Position numbers and translations under genes: made by a program
In this document: piece after piece, positions 59,275 through 64,000 of the stretch
Numbering within the stretch: the stretch's first letter is position 1
Layout of the letters: each line of letters starts with the position of its first letter
Assembly: GCA_001949185.1 (NCBI GenBank)
Contig: BDGG01000008.1
Location: forward strand, 434,001-498,000
Source: Ramazzottius varieornatus
Taxonomy: Eukaryota > Animalia > Tardigrada
Direction: 5' to 3'
Length of the DNA: 64,000 nucleotides
Notes under the pieces: generated by a model
The model's database searches: none
Seen by the model: the letters and a program-made list of their open reading frames with translations, nothing else
What the model was told of the DNA's origin: nothing

Positions 59275-59889
59275 ATGGGACCCTTCATATATGGAGTGGA
59301 CATGCTGGCCTTCCTACATACCATCTGCCAAGTATCCGCGGTGGACGACAGTGTAGTTCGAGACTTCCGTCCCGGCGACTCTATTTTCACCGTCCTTGCA
59401 TGGCAAGGAAACACGCCGCTAATGTTCTTTGCGGGTAATGGTGTGACGATAAGCGACCGGAAAAAGGACATTCCACCCTGTTTGTATAGCGATGAAGTTT
59501 ATGACCCGTGTTCTTTTGTTGTAGAAATGTGGTACAACATATTCTTGTGGGAGCTGTTTGCCTCTTTCATCATCCACTGCATTGCCGGATTCGTTGCCTT
59601 CATCGCCTTGCGTCGCCACAGAGTCATGAGGTGGTATGGGGGACTCATTGTGATTGTCGGACTCCTCTCTTCGCTAACAACCGGCGTCATTACGAGTACG
59701 TAGCACTATCGAAGACCCGGCTTCCTTCTTGGAATCATTGCAGTTCTTCCTTTCGTAGGTGCAGCTATAGCGGGAGTCTATCGGGCGTCAAACATCGAGC
59801 TGGCGCCCATCTACGCCATGGTTTGGGGTGTTGGTCAAGCAGCGTGTAAAGTCGGGCTTTCCTTCAACAAAATTCTCGCCTCGTTATGA
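59275..59889 (+). CDS. TMEM170: TMEM170-family ER membrane protein, about 3 exons (start 59275 or 59302)
   Basis: EMWYNIFLWELFASFIIHCIAG..LRRH..GVITS|AAIAGVYRA..VWGVGQ..SFNKILASL*. Confidence 0.88.
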
Positions 59890-60478
59890 TATCCATGAGT
59901 GTGAGTGTTGATACTGTAGTATTTAGGCTGATAAGCTGTATTCCGCCGCGTTCGAGAAACCCTTTGTCACAAGGCTTTGTGCTTTCACACCGTTTACGAT
60001 GTTCGTATGATTTTATAACATGGGCGTTTACTTCCGCTTGTTTTTTTTAGCTTTTTCGAAAGTGCGTTCTGTTCATACTGTTTTAACTTGTTAGCTGGTG
60101 AAAACCCACCGGCCATCCAGGACTTTAGCGATCTGGATGAAGTAACAGTATGCCTCACCCACTTATCCGGGGTCTTTTCCGTCGCCTAAGAGGTTAATAG
60201 TGCTTGTTGGTGTAAGAAGGCGACGGAAAGTAAATCGATATCGTTTTTTGATTATGTTATGTAGCCGATGATCGCCAACCAGGCATCTGGCTTCAGGCGA
60301 TCAGTTTATTTGTACTCCACTAAACCGATTGTCGCCAGACACATTTCATCATTATAGTCAATGCGGAGGAACCCCATCGAGTTGAGGTAGACGGAGCATG
60401 CAAACTGTCGGTACGCGAATAGTTTGAAATGACATTTTAATACGGGGATACGGGAATTACGCGATGGCGACCCTACAG

Positions 60479-61982
60479 GAAATTCACAAGAATGTGCTTT
60501 GGCATGGCAATGAATTTGAATCTTGCCTAAACCGCGCCATAAACGTTTGCAAGGACGCAGAAGACTGGGACAAGCTTCTTACTTTTGTGGTGCGTTTATC
60601 CTGCATACTCGTGGACCATTCTGAATAATTATGTCACTGTATTCTCAAATTTACTTTTTCAGCGGGTGTATTTTTCTTGCAGAACAAGACGGAAGACATT
60701 TTGCGCGAGGCGAAGCGGGAAATTCAAAAACGGTATGTGATGCTTCGGCTCTTTGGAAGCTGGAACAATGTGGAACATCCTAATTTGGATATCAATTGTT
60801 CCTCCGGAGCTTTGCATCCCTCAGCTCTTGGAAACTGATTTCAAAACAACGGTCACGTGCCCCTCTCAGGTACCCTCCTTCGCGACCTCCCAGCATACAA
60901 GTCAGTGGATATACCCCATCCGCCAGCAAGCCTGCATCCGGCGGATCGGTCGCGAGCTACACTTCTTCGCCTGACCAGAGGCTGTTTGGTGGCGTGGCAA
61001 AACCAGTCGGTTTCTCCAAGCCGTTCGGTTCTCAGTCCTATGAGAAGAAGGACGTGTTATCCGACCGGCTAAATGGGCAACTGCTAGTAAGACCAGTACT
61101 GACTTCCCCAACGAGAACGAATTCGAAAGTGAAGTACCAATGGTTCGACGATATTGGCAAGCCAGCCGGCGACTTCCCCAGTACGGAAAAGCAAAAGCTC
61201 GAAATGGATCTTCAGTAAGTGTGATTTTCAGTCGGAAAAGTGCGCGAGTTGCTAGAAAATGTGATGCGGACAGACTTTCGTCTGTTTTCTTTTTGACTAT
61301 CTTTTTTGGTTCTTGTGTTTTGAAATATCACAGTTCATTGTGAATTGTGTCGTGCTCGGAAGTAACGGTTTTTTCAACAGGCGGATACTCATACCCAACC
61401 TTCCGCCCTTTACGACGGACGGTACTTTACGGTCCGCACTGAGCCGTTATGGAAAAGTCACAGAGGTACGAACATCTGTCTCCCCAGATGGAAAAGGAGG
61501 AGAGGGCATCGTTCGTTTCGAGTCCCGGGATACGGTTACCCAGCTCTTGCATAAGACACTTGTCCTAAACGGCACCGAAGTCAAAGTGAAGCCTTTCTAC
61601 GTAAGTTTAGAGTGTCCTCAAAACAAACACACCTTATGGAGGACTTTTGTGCTGGTGGTATTATGTGGGTTATTTGCAGAGCAAAACAGAGAAGGAAAAC
61701 AAGCTTCAGAGTGGTGCGAAGGATAACAGAACACTGGAAATGTTGACGGAGTCGACGAAGACCCGTAAAGTCACTGCGGGAGATAAACAAGCATCGACTT
61801 CCTCCTCGACGGATGGCACAAATAAGAATGACACAGCTGATAAGTGTATGATATGTAAGACGTCAAGAACCAACTGCGTCCTGCTGTGGTGCGGCCACAG
61901 CGTTGTGTGCTCAGCTTGTGGAGGTAGGCTAAAGAACTGTCCGAAATGCGGGGAATCGATTGAAAAACTGTCGCTAGTCTAA
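60479..61982 (+). CDS. RRM + C-terminal C3HC4 RING protein (5' exons uncertain, possibly from about 60150)
   Basis: Spliced frame EIHKNVLWHG..|NKTED..|S/P-rich|RILIPNLPPFTTDGTLRSALSRYGKV..GEGIVRFES..VLNGTEVKV (RRM)|CMICKTSRTNCVLLWCGHSVVCSACGGRLKNCPKC (IAP/MEX3-type RING). Confidence 0.78.
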
Positions 61983-62394
61983 CTTTCGATTTTTCTCCGC
62001 ATTGTCGCGTTAGCTTCGAGAACACTCTCATAATTGATCAGACAATCGATTTGTCGTTTGTGATGTTTACAAAAGCTGCTTTCACCGTCTTCATTGTCTG
62101 TCGGTTCTTCCCTGATGGGCCTGCCTTGGTTTTGTCGATCTGTGAAACCCACTTTTCCGTTACTCGGTGGTGGGAATCTTCCATTCGCACTTTTTTTTCG
62201 TAAGACAGACAATGCAGAACCCTTCTCTTTCTGTGCTGGTGTCATGAGTGGACGGACATCTCGTTGGGAAACTACAAAAAGCCTGAGCTTGACACAATTT
62301 ACCGTTTTTCAGCTATTCCAACAGTTTTAATTCCTTGTTTTACTTCGAGAAATTTACGTTTTGTCGGAAGCAATATCGGGCTTTTGGTTCTACG

Positions 62395-62850
62395 ATGGCT
62401 GACGGTAAACTCGTGGCTCTGCTCTTGTCCTCGTTGGCCTGCAGTGTCTGGGGAGGAGGATCTGGTTGGGGTTCGACGTATGTTCCACCGACGTATCTTG
62501 TCGGCGTCGGTTCGCGTCTATTGGGAAACACACTCGGCTTCAATGGCGCGGGTCTTGGCGGCATCGGATTCCACGGCGCGGGCCTCGGCGGTCTCGGCTT
62601 CTCAGGAGCCCCCCTTGGGGGATTAGGGTTCTCGGGAAATGTGCCAGGTGGCCTTGGTTTCAACGGGAACGGGCTGGGAGGAATTGGGTTTAACGGAAAC
62701 GGACTAGGCGGGCTGGGCTTCACTGGTCCGGGTCTTGGAGGCGTCGGGTTCAACGGAGTCGGACTTGGAGGACTAGGTCATCATGGAGCTGCTCTCGGTG
62801 GTGTGGGCTGGGCTCCTCCTGTGCTTGTGAATCGTGGCTGGAGCCGATGA
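62395..62850 (+). CDS. Secreted Gly-rich protein with about nine 10-aa repeats (structural/cuticle/eggshell-like)
   Basis: Signal peptide MADGKLVALLLSSLACSVWG; repeat (L/I/V)GFxGxGLGG with a 30-bp period. Confidence 0.8.
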   Translation: MADGKLVALLLSSLACSVWGGGSGWGSTYVPPTYLVGVGSRLLGNTLGFNGAGLGGIGFHGAGLGGLGFSGAPLGGLGFSGNVPGGLGFNGNGLGGIGFNGNGLGGLGFTGPGLGGVGFNGVGLGGLGHHGAALGGVGWAPPVLVNRGWSR

Positions 62851-64000
62851 GGAAATAACGAACCAGTTCTTTGTCTAACAGTTGACATTGGACACCTTCA
62901 GTACATGCGTCCTGAAAACTCTTTGTTTTGTGTGGATAAACACTTGTGGAGAGCCTTTTGATAGTTTTACAGTTTACCGAAATATTTCGTGAGATGTTTT
63001 ATGGCAGCCGTATGTTTCTTCTCGTAAGATAAACTCGGTGTCCAGATTATTCTTCGTGCTATCGTATAAAATCGCTGCCTCAATGGCCGTTTAAAATATA
63101 CCGGCAAATCAGTGCAGGAAATGCATCCCTTCCGGGTCTTTCGTTCGGATTCCATTCAGCTTCCAGTTGGCACCGCCGACTGGAAACCGAACTTTCAACT
63201 AAAAAACATAAACAACATCCAAATGGCAAACCTGAAAGGGACGCTTTTTCTATATTATACTTCACTCACGAAACATTTGAGTACTATGGAATGAGCTAAG
63301 TTTTCCGGACGTGGAGGTCTGGAACAGACAACTCTCCCACTAGATAGAAATAAACGCAGTTGAGGAGTCCTCAACATGCCGGCGCACCAGTATGCGTAAT
63401 CACCCTGCACGTTGGTTCTCCATGCGGGGAGCGAATAAAAAATTTTAGATCATGCAAAATAGTCGAAAAATAAAACAGCGACCATAATCTGGTCATGAAT
63501 CACGATATAATTTACGAAAAATTTACCGAATTTTTCGGCTAACTATCTTATAAATATTGATAGTTAGCTGTGGTCTTTCACGATATTACAAGAGGCCAAA
63601 GCAAAGCAGCAACTTCACATCAAGCAGCATTCCCCTTGAATTTTGTTCATCTACAAAGTTTAATAGAGATAGACTCAATAAACCTAACGCTGCATAGTGC
63701 ACCGTTTGGGAATTCCAGCAACGCGCCACTGGATCGCTGCGAAAGTGACTGCGGCATGACGCCATACTGTCCAAGATTTGCGACACAAAGACTGGCCTTC
63801 AGGGAAATGGATAGTGCCTGATTATGCCAAGGTTTACCCTCTGGAAAGGACCACAAACGACAATTGACATACTTGCATAGGCAATATCGAGTACCTATGA
63901 CCGACTTCCAGTCTTGTGTCGGAGTTTCGTTATTGTGTCTCCATGAACGACCTACCTTTCTATTACGGCTTCATTATAGAGGAAAGCTGGACATACGCTA

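Noticed and set aside
62340-62753. Pro-rich antisense ORF (and the similar one at 889-1197)
   Set aside because: Mirror images of Gly-rich sense genes (GGN read as NCC).

Overview
Gene-dense eukaryotic DNA with many short (about 60-100 nt) GT-AG introns. It reads like a compact invertebrate genome; tardigrade-like is my inference and is not proven. Manual exon stitching gives about 18 genes: a partial membrane protein, a secreted Gly/Met-rich protein, cytosolic MetRS, mitochondrial IF3, Porcupine, a clip-type serine protease homolog, a degenerate TOE1/CAF1-family nuclease, MIC19, two tandem stand-alone DOMON proteins, a large disordered protein, SAC1, a receptor guanylyl cyclase, AP-2, Dicer, TMEM170, an RRM+RING protein and a Gly-rich repeat protein. 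Main observations: (1) a dispersed family of about 120-bp palindromic elements (core AAGTGGCGCAC-N25-GTGCGCCACTT), with at least 18 copies, all in introns and mostly close to splice sites; (2) a Dicer whose RNase IIIb signature has Lys in place of the catalytic Glu (equivalent to human E1705K) and whose Walker A reads GKM; (3) a receptor guanylyl cyclase lacking the catalytic Asn/Arg; (4) a TOE1-like pseudo-deadenylase. All assignments rest on motif recognition by eye, and no searches were run.
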